Counted from the stretch's first letter, positions 14,111-25,874 are shown. The stretch: 64,000 bases of DNA from Octopus sinensis (GCF_006345805.1 NC_042997.1:11532001-11596000); one strand, 5' to 3'. Numbers and translations: made by a program. Notes: generated by a model not told the origin, from the letters alone.

Positions 14111-15263
14111 ATTAAAATGGACGTGGATACTGTTCTTACTTTTCTTCCTGCTCCGTCTAAGAGGTAAAAGAAATTCCGCCATCACCGCATTGTGGTTTTT
14201 AGGTCCACGGGGAGACATTGAATTTTGAAAATACACCATGTATGTGTCTTAGTGTTGACATTTAAACAGACGTAAACTGGGTTTTCCTATTGTGCTAAAT
14301 CCTAATTACTCAGCTTATTTCGCCATACCACACAAATGGAAGAGGTGTGAACGTTGTCTCTTGATTTATTAAAAAAAATGGCGGAACTCTCTTGAATTAC
14401 ATACTGCAATTAAAAAACAAAAGAAAGGCCACCTTGGATTATATAGCGCAAGATGCACTGCACTCGTCTCCAAGGAGACAGTCATGGTTGATGTAATTGA
14501 TATAATTGCCATTGCTCAGTGAACTAAATAACTAGGGCTGATCTGGTGTTAAACATCATGAATAACAACACTGACGGCAATGACATCAATAATAACATCA
14601 AAAACAACAACAAAAATACAAAACAACCAGCGTGGAATAAAGTGTAATTGTCGAGTGCTTTACCACGTTGTAGTGTGATTTCCTACTTTGCCGTCAATTG
14701 TGGCTAGAAACAGAGATGACATAGATCCCTTTTAAGCTGATTTCTCACAGAAATAATGAAATAAACTTCAAATATAGTCAAATATAGAAACACAAGGGAA
14801 TTTGAGAATCATATATGCGCACACTGATATACAAGCATACGCACACACAGACACAGACACAGACACAGACACATATACTTATATACACTCACACATACAT
14901 ACATATACAGATACTCTTATCTGTGTGTATTTAGTCTTGCTGTGAAACAAGACCTCATTTAGATATCTTTGGGAGTTTGGAATGAGGATCGAAGCGATCG
15001 GTTGATGATTATTTAGCAATTTACCAGCAGCCACATACTACTCCTCCTAGGTGACACTATGTATATTAGTTTGTTGCTAATCTACGTAGTAGTGATAATC
15101 ATACGTGCGCGCGCACACACACGCACACGCATGCACATGCGCACACGCAAACACACGCACACACACACACACACATACACACTCGCACACATACAAATAT
15201 GTTTAATGATCTTATACTGAATATATGAACTATTTGACAAGTAATACACTTCTATATGCCCAC

Positions 15264-15325
15264 GAGCATATGGCGTAGTGGTTAAGAGCGCGGGCTACTA
15301 ACCCCAAGATTCCGAGTTCGATTCG

Positions 15326-15365
<40 letters not shown>

Positions 15366-15518
15366 CAACATCGAAATATACCTTAGGAATGAGAACCCAT
15401 GTTCGAAATTTTCCCAAGACACCTTATGAAGGCTGGAGAGTATATCAGCGGAAACGTGTTAACAGCAAACAAGATGAGGACAAATATCCGTCAATTGTAA
15501 ATAATGTAAATAATGTAT
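15264..15518 (+). mobile_element. SINE-like element: tRNA head + (AAT)n + hammerhead-containing tail
   Basis: A box tggcgtagtgg and B box gttcgattc (15264-15325), AAT/AAC run, then the same tail found at 20851 and 56641. Confidence 0.8.
15418..15460 (+). ncRNA. Degenerate minimal type I hammerhead ribozyme (SINE-tail family, copy 1)
   Basis: gacac CTTATGA a ggctg gagagtatat cagcg GAAACGT gtt: core G5>U, a stem II mismatch and a 3-nt deletion relative to the 3-copy consensus. Confidence 0.55.
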
Positions 15519-15577
15519 TTGACAAGTGTTTCATATGCTTATGAAGTTCCAAGTAATGAAATCTTAAGTAAATAAGT

Positions 15578-15895
15578 TTAGGAGTGGCTGCATGGTAAGA
15601 ATCTTGCTTACTAACCACATGGTTCCAGATTCAGTCCCACTGCATGGTACCTTGCGCAAGTGCCTTCTGCTATAGCCCCGAGTCGACCAAAGCCTTGTGA
15701 GTGGATTTGGTAGACGTAAGTGATCCCCTATCGCTTGATAACCGATGTTGGTGAGTTCACGTCCCCGTAACATAGCGGTTCGGCGTAAGGGACCGATAGA
15801 ATAAATACTTGACTTACAAAGAATAAGTCCTGGAGTCGAATTCTTTGACTAAAGGCGGTGCTCCAGCATGGCAAGTGTCAAATGACTGAAACAAA
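15578..15895 (+). mobile_element. SINE family A copy lacking the internal microsatellite
   Basis: Head ggagtggctgcatggtaag and tail ggcggtgctccagcatgg...atgactgaaac, homologous to 40612-41040. Confidence 0.85.
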
Positions 15896-16099
15896 ATAAT
15901 AATACAAAAAAGAATATATAATTTCGATCAGTGTGTCACGAAATGGCATTTAACTTTGGAATTTAAGATGTTTCAAAATATTTAATTCTTACATATTTCA
16001 CGTGATGAAAACCGTTTTTTTTTTAGCTTGGTGTAATCATTCTATTCGTCAATAAAAACACGCCTGAAACAGCTGTAATGAACCACAATTCATCTGTTG

Positions 16100-16161
<62 letters not shown>

Positions 16162-16338
16162 GTGTGTGTGTGTGTGTTGTGTGTGTGTGTGTGTGTGTGT
16201 ATGTGTGTGTGCGCGTTTATTCAGGTGATGGTACTTATAAAACCTGTTATATTTCTTAGTAATTTCGAATTTCATAAGAATAATTTCGAAATTCATATGT
16301 AACATATCTAATCTTGTATCATCATCTGAACAAATATA

Positions 16339-17629
16339 TAACGTCAACCCATAAGTTTTGTCTGATTTTACCTTTTTTTAAAAATGAGTGAAATTTAATA
16401 GTATTTTAGAATGTCTAATGGAATTAAAAATTATTTTGATGCATTTGTGTACATTTGAACTAATTAAATATTATTTTACAGAATAATAGAATTAAAATTT
16501 CTTTGATTAAAACCATTTCTAACATGGAAGTATCTAAAGAGCATATAAGGCATATAATGCTTTATGAGTACAAAAAAGGAAACTCTGCAGCCGAAGCGAC
16601 TCGAAACACACACTCAGTTTATGGGAAAGAATGCTTGAATGAAAGATCTTGCAGAAGATGGTTTGCAAAATTCAGAAGTGGAGATTTCAGCCTTGAAGAT
16701 GAAGATCGAGCAGGACGTCCAGTTGAGTTTGATGATAAGCTTCTTCAGGCATTACTTGAAGAAAATCCTGCATTATCAGTTGAAGAATTGGTAATAAAGC
16801 TTAGTTCAAACCATACAACTCTTCATCGTCATCTTCAACAACTTGGAAAAGTTCCTAAACTTGGAAAATGGGTGCCTCATGGATTGTCCGAAAGCAACCG
16901 CAAATCCCGAGTTGACATCTGCTCTTCTCTCCTTTCTCGCGAACTCATTTCACCCTTTTTGGATAGACTTGTTACTGGTGACGAAAAAGGGATCTTCTAT
17001 CGAAATATTAAACGTCGTAAACAGTGGCTTGGGAGAAGGGAAAAAACTCAATCACAACTGAGAAGGGAACTTCATAGGAAAAAGGTTCTTCTCTCTATTT
17101 AGTGGGATTGCAAAGGAGTAATTCATTTTGAATTGTTACTACCTAATACAACAATCAATGCTCAAGTCTACTGTCAGCAATTAGAACGTTTGAACCAAGC
17201 TTTGAAGAAAAAAAAGATTCGCTTTAGTGAATCGAAAAGGAGAGATGTTTCGTCAGGACAATGCGCGACCCTACACTGCAGAGATCACATCACAGAAGAT
17301 CGAAGAGTGTTGTTGGGAAAAAAATTCCTCATCCACCTTATTTTCCCGACCTTGCTCCTTCAGACTACCATTTGTTTTGTAGTTTACAGAATCATTTAAG
17401 GGACATAACTTTCGCAAGCCAGGAGGAGGTGGAGACTGACATTTCAGAGTTCTTCACTTTGAAACCAAAAGAGTTTTACATTGATGGGATTAAAAGGCTT
17501 GTAAATAGACAGAAGGAAGTCATAGGTAATCGGGAAAAGTACATTGATGATTAAATTTCAATTAAATATAACATTTAATCACTTATTTTCTTTATTCAAA
17601 ATTCGGACAGAACTTATGGGATGACCTAA
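16339..17629 (+). mobile_element. Complete but inactivated mariner DNA transposon (~1.29 kb, TA target duplication)
   Basis: Imperfect TIRs taacgtcaacccataagttttgtctga / revcomp ttaggtcatcccataagttctgtccga, with TA at 16337-38 and 17630-31. Confidence 0.92.
16524..17554 (+). pseudogene. Mariner transposase (DD34D), with one stop and frameshifts
   Basis: HTH region RRWFAKFRSGDFSLED, WVPHGL, VTGDEK, QDNARP, YFPDLAPSDYHLF. Stop at 17100-17102 and frame changes near 17220 and 17300. Confidence 0.93.
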
Positions 17630-17799
17630 TATATCTACACTCTGCAGTATTCTATTGAGTACTTCCCTTACATTGTGATTCTTCCAGTTTTTAAATGATA
17701 TATGTTCATTAAACTAGCCTGTAATTGCTCAGTGACATTCTTCAGTACCAAGATACCAAGAATTTATAGTTTATATTGAGACAAAATATGATTTATGAC

Positions 17800-18070
17800 C
17801 ACTTAAAAGATGTTCTGAAGATTCCAGTTGGAGATAAACTAATCATTCTTGGTAACTTGAATATATGATTTGTTGAAAATTTTGAAATATGGAAATGTTT
17901 ACAACATCATGAGATGAAACAATCTTAATGAAACACCAATCATTTTCACAAATTTGTGCATGTGTGACTTTGTGACGTTCAATGAACGTGGAAAGATAGG
18001 GAGGTAACTTAGATGCAATGTAACCAGGCTCCAAAAGTATGTTCTAACGCGAAGAGATGCCAGGCTTTTA
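17800..18070 (+). mobile_element. Possible highly decayed RTE-type AP endonuclease fragment
   Basis: KIPVGDKLIILGNLN resembles the ..DKLIILGDFN APE motif. The rest is too degenerate to align by eye. Confidence 0.35.
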
Positions 18071-18349
18071 TGAGGTGCAGTTTTCAACACAGATCATAAT
18101 CTTGTATGAACTAAATTGAAGTTGAAAGTAAGATGCTTGGAAGTATGATATTCAACACCTAAACAGATCTGATGATGCAAAGTTAAAGGCAAAAAAAAAA
18201 AAGAAAAACAAAATCCTAACATAAGATGTCTCTCATTTACCAAATGAAATGATGTAATTTAACTGGATATCATCTCCACTGCTCGCACAGCAAACGTAAA
18301 CACGCTTGATACATTACGATCCATCAACACCAGACCATCTCTGACCCGA

Positions 18350-18712
18350 AACACCATGTACAAAATAATTACAAATAAATTAAATAATACCGGTACTATT
18401 CAATCCAAGAATAATAATCGGGAAGTACGTACTTTAAACTTGTTACACAAAAAGTGCGAAAAACTACACGTGCAAAACAATTTAACAACAGAAATGAACG
18501 GACCAGTACCCTACGAAAATGATGACCGTCAAAATAAAGGGCCGAACGTTGTTCCTCATGTCCTGCAAATAAACGAAAAATGATCAAAAAGCGAGTAAAC
18601 AACACATACTTTGTAGTTTTAAGCATCCAATATGAAATATCTATCAAAACCCAACTCTGTAGTTCGGTTCCTGGAAGAATTGACTCCCGTATGCATTCCT
18701 CTAGTATCTCGC
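18350..18712 (+). mobile_element. Possible decayed piggyBac-like 3' end
   Basis: ERCSSCPANKRK resembles the start of a piggyBac Cys-rich domain, and aattgactcccgtatgcattcctctag resembles a subterminal repeat. No TTAA end was confirmed. Confidence 0.3.
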
Positions 18713-18729
18713 AATTCCGAGAAGAAAAA

Positions 18730-19135
18730 CGACCATTTTTTGTTTCAAGATGAAAGGTGTTCTTTTATCAGGATAATACTCGGCCACATACAGGGAGGAT
18801 GACATTTCAAAGGCTGGGGCAGTTTTAATGGAAAATGATGCCCAACTCGCTATATTCGCCGGACATTGCTCAATCTGATTATCATTTATTTCGCAGTCTT
18901 CAAAATAATTTGGACAAAAGAAATATGAATTCTGTAGACGAAGTCAGAACAGTACTGGAGGAATAGTTTTCGTCATGTGCAAATGGATTTTGGAATAGGG
19001 GCCTTGCAAGTCTACCAAGTAGCTGGAAGAGCATTGTAGAAAATGAAAGCGAGTATATTTTAGATTAAAAAAGAACTTTGTTTATCCTAATTTTGAAAAC
19101 TAAAAAAATCACATTATTTACGGGATGGCCCAATA
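18730..19135 (+). mobile_element. 3' fragment of a second, different mariner element
   Basis: QDNTRPHT...YSPDIAQSDYHLFRSLQNNL...EYILD*, followed by a TIR-like end tatttacgggatggcccaata. Confidence 0.85.
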
Positions 19136-19182
19136 CATCATTTTCCAATAGTTAAGGACTGTATCATCTTCCCACAGATTAT

Positions 19183-19219
<37 letters not shown>

Positions 19220-19342
19220 CAGTGTGCAGAATATCCAGCACCCTCTTTTTCCCGATTTCAGCACTTCTGTTGAAATACCATTAACGTCAGGGGTTTTCCC
19301 ATCTTTAAGTCCATTAAAAGTAATTGGATTATCTAGAACATG

Positions 19343-19600
19343 GGCACGGGCGTGGCTGTCTGATAAGAAGTTTGCTTCCCAACCACATGGTTACTGGTTC
19401 AATGCCAGTGCGTCACATCTTGGAAAAGTGTCTTCTATTATAGCCTCGGGTCGACCAAAGCCTGTCATGTGTGTGTGTGTGTGTCTTTGTGTCTCTGTGT
19501 GTGTGTCTTTGTGTCTGTGTTTGTCCTCCAGCACCGCTTGACAACTGGTGTTGGTGTGTTTACGCTCCCGTAATATAGCGGCTCAGCAAAAGACCGATAG
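19343..19600 (+). mobile_element. SINE family A, partial and degenerate
   Basis: Homology to the family A head and post-microsatellite body. Confidence 0.75.
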
Positions 19601-20050
19601 ACTTTAATATGATGGGTGATTTGTTTTTGCTATTTGTTTTGTTTTGTAGTTTTTTTGTTTCGTCTTTTGCTTTTTCTTATTTTTGCTTCATATTTTAATT
19701 GATTTGCTTAAAGGGTTCTGAAAAGAACCAATCAATAATCGATTAGTAATTTAACAGATCACTGCTATATTCTTACTACAGTTGGATGATCTGATCTTAT
19801 CTTATCTGAATCTTTAACAAAGGTTTTGCCAACCCGCACGTTAGTCGTTGCTATATAATTTTTCTTTCGACCCCTTTTCATATTGCAGCTTTCGGTGATA
19901 TTTGCACTAGGCACCAAGATGGTATTTGTATTGGATCGGCGAATATATTGAGACAATAAATTCTGATTTTGATTGCGTCCTTTACGCAAGTTACTTTGGG
20001 CGGAATATAAGCTTTGTACATATGTTAATCATTATTATCATTAAGCTATA

Positions 20051-20242
20051 AGGTGGCTTTCTGGCAGAATCGTTGGCACGCCGAGGAAATTTCTTAGTGG
20101 CATTTCATCAGCCTTTATGTTCTGAGTTCAAATGCCACTCAGGTCGCCTTTGCCTTTCATCCTTCTGGGTCGATAAAATAAGTACCAGCTGAGCTCTAGG
20201 ATCCATGTAATCGACTCAACCTCTCCCCTGAAAATTGAAACC
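20051..20242 (+). mobile_element. SINE family C with its ordinary tail (..aaaattgaaacc)
   Basis: ctggcagaatcgttggcacg...gttctgagttcaaat...gtcgataaaataagtacc. Confidence 0.8.
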
Positions 20243-20339
20243 AATATTATCGCCAAGCTAGCTCTTATATTTTGGACTTAGCAATCTCCAATAAATTTTG
20301 AGAAATTCCGTAAACTTTGTTTTTTAAGCCAAAAGTCTA

Positions 20340-20790
20340 GCAATATTCTGCTCAATACCAGAGATTTGCTTGTCAGTTGTTTGACCTTAACCAGTTGAGC
20401 ATGTCCCTTAGTAGCTGATGATATGTGCATCTCTGATCACGAGCAGAAGTAGTGGGGGAGCATCATAGCTATGTGTTGAGAGGGATTCTTTGGGGTTTGA
20501 ATAATTCACCTCTGGAAACATGGGTGTTTCGTCCAACATCCTTAAACAACCCTTATTCAGGGACCTTTTGAGCGGGATGGATTACTCGATCAGAAGAAAA
20601 TTCTAACTGGGCTCCACCTGCAAAGTCATGTGTTGTTTAACTTGATATGAGGTCACCATGTCACATATGGGTGTGATGCATGTGCCTAGTGTACCCTTAT
20701 CAGACGGGTAGTCATGATGGGTATACTGGGCTTCGTATATTTTACCCCAGTGTCACTTTGATGGCATGCATTGCTCTCTCACTCAATGAT
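20340..20790 (+). mobile_element. Interspersed repeat ending in (GAT)(AAT)n; possibly the 3' UTR of an (AAT)n-targeting non-LTR element
   Basis: Non-coding, moderate GC, ends gctctctcactcaat followed by an AAT array. The family assignment is recollection and inference only. Confidence 0.4.
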
Positions 20791-20800
20791 GATGAGGATG

Positions 20801-20837
<37 letters not shown>

Positions 20838-20885
20838 GAATAAGAATAATATCGAAAAATACCTTAGGAATCGAAATTTCCCCAA

Positions 20886-20931
20886 GACACCTGTTGAAGG
20901 CTGGAGGGTATATCAGCCGAAACGTTGTGTT
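20886..20931 (+). ncRNA. Minimal type I hammerhead ribozyme (SINE-tail family, copy 2; one core substitution)
   Basis: GACAC CTGTTGA A GGCTG gagggtatat CAGCC GAA ACGT T GTGTT: helix I gacac/gtgtt, 5-bp helix II, palindromic ACGT helix III, A6>U. Confidence 0.7.
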
Positions 20932-21499
20932 AACAACAAACAAGATGAGGACAAATAACCGGCAAATGTAAATAATGTATAGTAAATATTGTTTTTCTAT
21001 CGACGAGATACATGTCTGTGTACAATGCTAATTTGTCATAATTCTACTGAGAAGAGACACTCATATGATAGCTGTGGCAAAAGCTGTAAATGATCAGCGC
21101 TAAAATTCCCTTTCGTTTTGCAGCGTTTTATCAAGCAAATATCTTTTGTATTACTTAGCTAATTTCCTTCACAAATATTAGGAGACGGTGGATTGGCCGA
21201 CATGGCATAGTGTCAGCTTTAACCTTTTGTTACTGTATTTATTTTGAGATGCTCTGTGTTTCTTTCAATTACTTTAAATATGACAAAGAATTTAGTAAAA
21301 TAACTTAGTTATCATTCAGCTAGGGTTAGGAACATAAATAGTGACTAAGGTTTGGTGGAAGATTTTAATTCAAAACTTATGGAGCCAGAGCCGGTTTCAG
21401 CCGAGTTGCGGCCTTGTCTTAATATCTTCAGTTTATATCTCACCATTGCAGACTTTGGTTTTCATCATTCTAGGGTGGCTAGAAAAATACATAAATAAT

Positions 21500-21715
21500 G
21501 GTTTCAAGCTATAGCACAGGACCAGGAATTGTAGGGGAGGAATAAATCGATTGCATCGACTCTAATGTTCATGTAGTGTATATTTTAACGACCTCGAAAG
21601 TTGAAAATCAAAGATGACATCGACAGAATTTGAAGTCTAAGCATAAACAATCAGAAGAAATGTCAATAAGTATTTTGTCCGATGTGCTAACGATCCTGCA
21701 TGTTGGTTGCCTTAA
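21500..21715 (-). mobile_element. Degenerate SINE family C
   Basis: ttaacgacctcgaaagttgaaaatcaaagatgacatcgacagaatttgaag...gtgctaacgat, homologous to 13980-14110. Confidence 0.65.
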
Positions 21716-22125
21716 AATAATGGTATGCTGTCATTGATTCCTATGACTCTGCTTTTTACCCAACAGAATATTTCTGAACATTTGCGAATGTAAGCCGTCT
21801 GGGAACTATCTCACGCACGTTAATCGTTCGTAGTTTCAATATTTAGTTGAAGATTTTTAACTTCGACAAGATCATTAACTGCCCCTTGAGAGGAACTTAA
21901 TGACTTTCCAATAACCTAATATTAACTATTCAATTACTGTTATTAATGATCAACTAAAAGTCACAAGCATGGGTTTGTGGTTAAAAAATTCCGCTTCAAA
22001 ACCGCGTGGTTTCGTGTTCAGCCCTACAGAGTGGCACCTTGAGGAAGCGTCTTCTACTGTAGCCACAAACTAATCAATGCCTTGTGAAGGGTTTGGAAGC
22101 CTGTCGCATATATATATAATATATA

Positions 22126-22158
<33 letters not shown>

Positions 22159-22255
22159 ATTGTAATACAAAGAAAAGAATGTTCTCTAGAGAAATGCAGC
22201 AAACACCAGAACACAGCGGGTAAAAAGATGAAAATATACAACATACAAAATTAAT

Positions 22256-22308
22256 CGCAGACCGGTTTCCTCATTAACGATATTTTACTTACGTAACATC
22301 GTCCGTGG
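22256..22308 (-). ncRNA. Degenerate hammerhead-like motif in a (TA)n-flanked module
   Basis: Minus strand CGGACGA...GAAACCGGTC. Same ACCGGT-C helix III and cleavage site as 42597-42647, but core U4>G and poor helices I and II. Confidence 0.35.
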
Positions 22309-22423
22309 CTCTTTATGTAATACAATTTTATTGAATTTTCAGATTTTTCTATATGCTAGGCCACTAGTTTTAAATTGATGTTAATTAAATTAATATTCAA
22401 TTTATCACCCTCATTATTTAAAT

Positions 22424-22504
<81 letters not shown>

Positions 22505-22666
22505 ATATATAATTTCATTAAAAACAATTAAGATTCACTGAGTTCCAATGAATTCACATGAATGCGGTACTTAACTTAGATGCACCAGAAATCTTTATGG
22601 TATTAACCATAAAATAATGTGGGGTGATTATAAACAAGAAAAAAAGCAACAAGAATGGATTAGTTG

Positions 22667-22755
22667 TTCAGTACAATTGTTTCATACGAAGAACAGCTTT
22701 ATTAAAAGCTGCAAATATTGCAGCAAATACAAGTGTCCCGTATTCATCAGCCAAA
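22667..22755 (-). ncRNA. Type I hammerhead with branched, extended helix II (IR left arm)
   Basis: Reverse complement of 23095-23183. Confidence 0.65.
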
Positions 22756-23094
22756 ACACATATGAGTTTTCCAAACATCCTAGTAGTTTTGTGAAACGAA
22801 TAGAAGTGCGATCAACATCTTCTCATATATCAGGAAATTACATCTATATTATTATGGATACATTCATCTTCTCTGAGTATAAAATCTCTTCTCCTATCTC
22901 CGGAAATTACACCTGCATTATTATGGATGGATTTACCTTTTCTGTGAAGCTAACAAACTTTTTTAAAAACCTTTTATAAAACTGTGCATCATTTGAAGTC
23001 TGCTTACAATCTAACTTTGCTTTTCATAGAACTCTCTTCGATACTTCATGAGTGTAGCCTCACCCCCTAGGATGTTTGGTAAACTCATATGTGT

Positions 23095-23183
23095 TTTGGC
23101 TGATGAATACGGGACACTTGTATTTGCTGCAATATTTGCAGCTTTTAATAAAGCTGTTCTTCGTATGAAACAATTGTACTGAA
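23095..23183 (+). ncRNA. Type I hammerhead with branched, extended helix II (IR right arm)
   Basis: TTTGG CTGATGA ATACG [ggaca..gctgcaa-tat-ttgcagc..agcttt-taat-aaagct..tgttctt] CGTAT GAA ACAATTGT A CTGAA: intact core, palindromic helix III, GUA cleavage triplet, and a 5-bp helix I with two G-U pairs. Confidence 0.68.
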
Positions 23184-23357
23184 CAACTAATCCATTCTTG
23201 TTTCTTTTTTCTTGTATATATATATATATATATAACAATTTAGGAGTGACCCTAACAGGTCATTCGTCCACCAGAAAGAGCAGCCATAACTCACACCGCC
23301 AAGTAGTAGTAATTCAGAAATTAGGTGAAAATTTAAAAACATTTACCCCAATTCATC

Positions 23358-23455
23358 TTTTAGACGTTGCAACGTTTCTGTGTCATTAATGATTAAATTA
23401 GCTTAATTAAATTAAATTAAGCCAATCTACCATAGGTTACACTTCATCAGTAAAA
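23358..23455 (-). ncRNA. Type I hammerhead with long helix II in the 471-bp unit (forward monomer)
   Basis: Minus strand TTTTA CTGATGA A GTGT[..ttggcttaatt/aattaagctaa..]ACAC A GAA ACGTTGCAACGT C TAAAA; GUC triplet. Confidence 0.72.
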
Positions 23456-24046
23456 ACCTGGAGAGACAAATATACACGAGGCGTCTGTATCGATGCCTAC
23501 GGAAAACAGTCTTAAAATTTTCAAGACTGACGTATTCGCGCCAAACTTATCAGCAGTAAATATAAACTGCCGATTCAATCTCAGAATTATTCAGAAAATT
23601 ATCAATTAGTCATTTAGGGTAGCAAAAAAATTCAATAGAAATTTATCGCTACACCGCGGCCTGGTGGAAAAGAGAAAATAGTCAACGACTAAATATATAT
23701 ATATAACAATTCTGAATTACTACTACTTGGCGGTGTGAGTTATGGCTGCTCTTTCTGGTGGACGAATGACCTGTTAGGGTCACTCCTAAATTGTTATATA
23801 TATATATTTAGTCGTTGACTATTTTCTCTTTTCCACCAGGCCGCTGGTAGCGATAAATTTCTATTGAATTTTTTTGCTACCCTAAATTGACTAATTGATA
23901 ATTTTCTGAATAATTCTGAGATTGAATCGGCAGTTTATATTTACTGCTGATAAGTTTGGCGCGAATACGTCAGTCTTGAAAATTTTAAGACTGTATTCCG
24001 TAGGCATCGATACAGACGCCTCGTGTATATTTGTCTCTCCCAGGTT

Positions 24047-24143
24047 TTTTACTGATGAAGTGTACCTATGGTAGATTGGCTTAATTTAATTTAATTAAGC
24101 TAATTTAATCATTAATGACACAGAAACGTTGCAACGTCTAAAA
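24047..24143 (+). ncRNA. Type I hammerhead with long helix II in the 471-bp unit (inverted monomer)
   Basis: tttta CTGATGA agtgt...acaca GAA ACGTTGCAACGT C taaaa read directly on the + strand. Confidence 0.72.
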
Positions 24144-24378
24144 GATGAATTGGGGTAATGTTTTTAAATTTTCACCTAATTTCTGAATTACTACTACTTG
24201 GCGGTGTGAGTTATGGCTGCTCTTTCTGTGGACGAATGACCTGTTAGGGTCACTCCTAAATTGTTATATATATATATTTAGTCGTTGACTATTTTCTCTT
24301 TTCCACCAGGCCGCTGGTAGCGATAAATTTCTATTGAATTTTTTTGCTACCCTAAATTGACTAATATATATATATATA

Positions 24379-24430
<52 letters not shown>

Positions 24431-24499
24431 ACACACACACAACACACATATATATATATATATATGCACACACGCGCACATATATGTGCGTGTGTGTGT

Positions 24500-24730
24500 G
24501 AGAGAGTGTGCGTGAATATATGCATGTATTTGTGTGTGTAAGCGTGTCTTTGTGTTAGTCTTCACGCCACTTGATAACCGGCGCTGGTTTTCTTATGTCT
24601 CAGTAACTTAGTGGTTCGGCAAAATAGGCCGATAACTAAGTACCAAACTGAAAAAAAGAAAATAAGTACCAAGTTTCATTTGATTGATTAAAACCTTAAT
24701 GATAGCGTCAGAGCATTGCCGCAGTCCACT
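24500..24730 (+). mobile_element. 3' half of a degenerate SINE family A
   Basis: cttgataaccggcgctgg...gtaacttagtggttcggcaaaa...agcattgccgcagtc. Confidence 0.65.
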
Positions 24731-25313
24731 TAATGAAATATATAAAAGAATACATGCGTAACATTAAATATATATATTCACATTTAACCAAAGCAAAACG
24801 GGTGGAGAAAAAGGAGATATGAAAGGTACACTAAATGCGAGTTCTCGAGTAAATTCTTTTACCCTTCAAATTAAAAATAAAACAAAATGTAAAGCAAAAC
24901 AAATGCAACAAAATAAAATAAGATATAATAAGAGTGATGTAGATTCACGCCTGAACTATATCACCAGAAATTATTGAAGCAAAGCAATTAGTTAGAAAGA
25001 CATTAAAAGAGAACTGTGTTAACTTGAGCTAAATTTTCTCGCTTAGTTGAAATATCTACGTATATACAATAGATTTTTTTTCCTTTTAAATCAGAGACAT
25101 CATTACAAGTGAAGTTGTTCTGTTCGCTCTGTAGTAAAATCGCGAGATTCTAGCAACTCTTCAACCAACTATTTACACGTCGTCCGTTCTCTAATTAGCA
25201 TTGTTAACTAGTCGACACAGATAAAAGAAAGAAAACCATACACACAACACACATATACACCACGCATATATGTGTGTGGAGATACACACACACACACACA
25301 CACAACACACACA

Positions 25314-25344
<31 letters not shown>

Positions 25345-25629
25345 GGATAGATAGATAGTTAGATAGATACGTGTGTGTATGAAGATATATATTATTGTTG
25401 AACGCAGACGACAGTAAATTTCGACGCATAATAATGAAGGTAGACATCTTGTCCTGTTCAGATATTTCGCCTGAAGCAACCATTCTTCTCTGGAACTAAG
25501 TGGTTAAATTACTAAAGTATCGGATTCCAATTAACAATACTTTGGAAGTAATCGACAGAACGGCGGTACTATGGCAGCCCTGAGGGGAGAATTCCTTGTT
25601 CACTTAGGAATGAAAGCCTGAAACGCACA

Positions 25630-25751
25630 CCCACACACATACACACACATACTAACATATACAGCACTTACACAAGTTTACATAGATACGGATGAGATAC
25701 ATACATACACATACATATACGTACATACATACATATATATATATATATGCT

Positions 25752-25821
<70 letters not shown>

Positions 25822-25828
25822 CATATAT

Positions 25829-25874
<46 letters not shown>

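Larger units (their letters stand above)
22634..23215. repeat. Inverted repeat, ~150-bp arms (22634-22783 / 23067-23215) with a 283-bp spacer; each arm carries a hammerhead
   Basis: The arms are reverse complements with only about 3 differences. Flanked by (TA)n arrays. Confidence 0.92.
23233..24365. repeat. 471-bp non-coding unit in head-to-tail and inverted copies (1 forward monomer + ~1.4 reverse monomers), with (TA)n at junctions
   Basis: taacaatt recurs at 23233 and 23704; tctgaattactac recurs at 23711 and 24182 (period 471). The inversion occurs at an AATT microhomology at 23708-23711. Confidence 0.92.

Noticed and set aside
19765-19989. ORF with YIATTNVRVG vaguely like a GIY-YIG YIG motif
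   Set aside because: No GIY, Cys pair, Arg/Glu or terminal Asn pattern; insufficient support.
23233-24365. Treating the small differences between 471-bp copies as biological divergence
   Set aside because: They are mostly 1-nt indels in short runs, typical of long-read consensus error. The inversion itself could be a fold-back read artefact and needs spanning reads. The unit and its hammerhead do not depend on this.
25385-25500. LLLNADDSKFRRII resembling an RT YADD motif
   Set aside because: A single short motif with no flanking RT similarity recognisable by eye.
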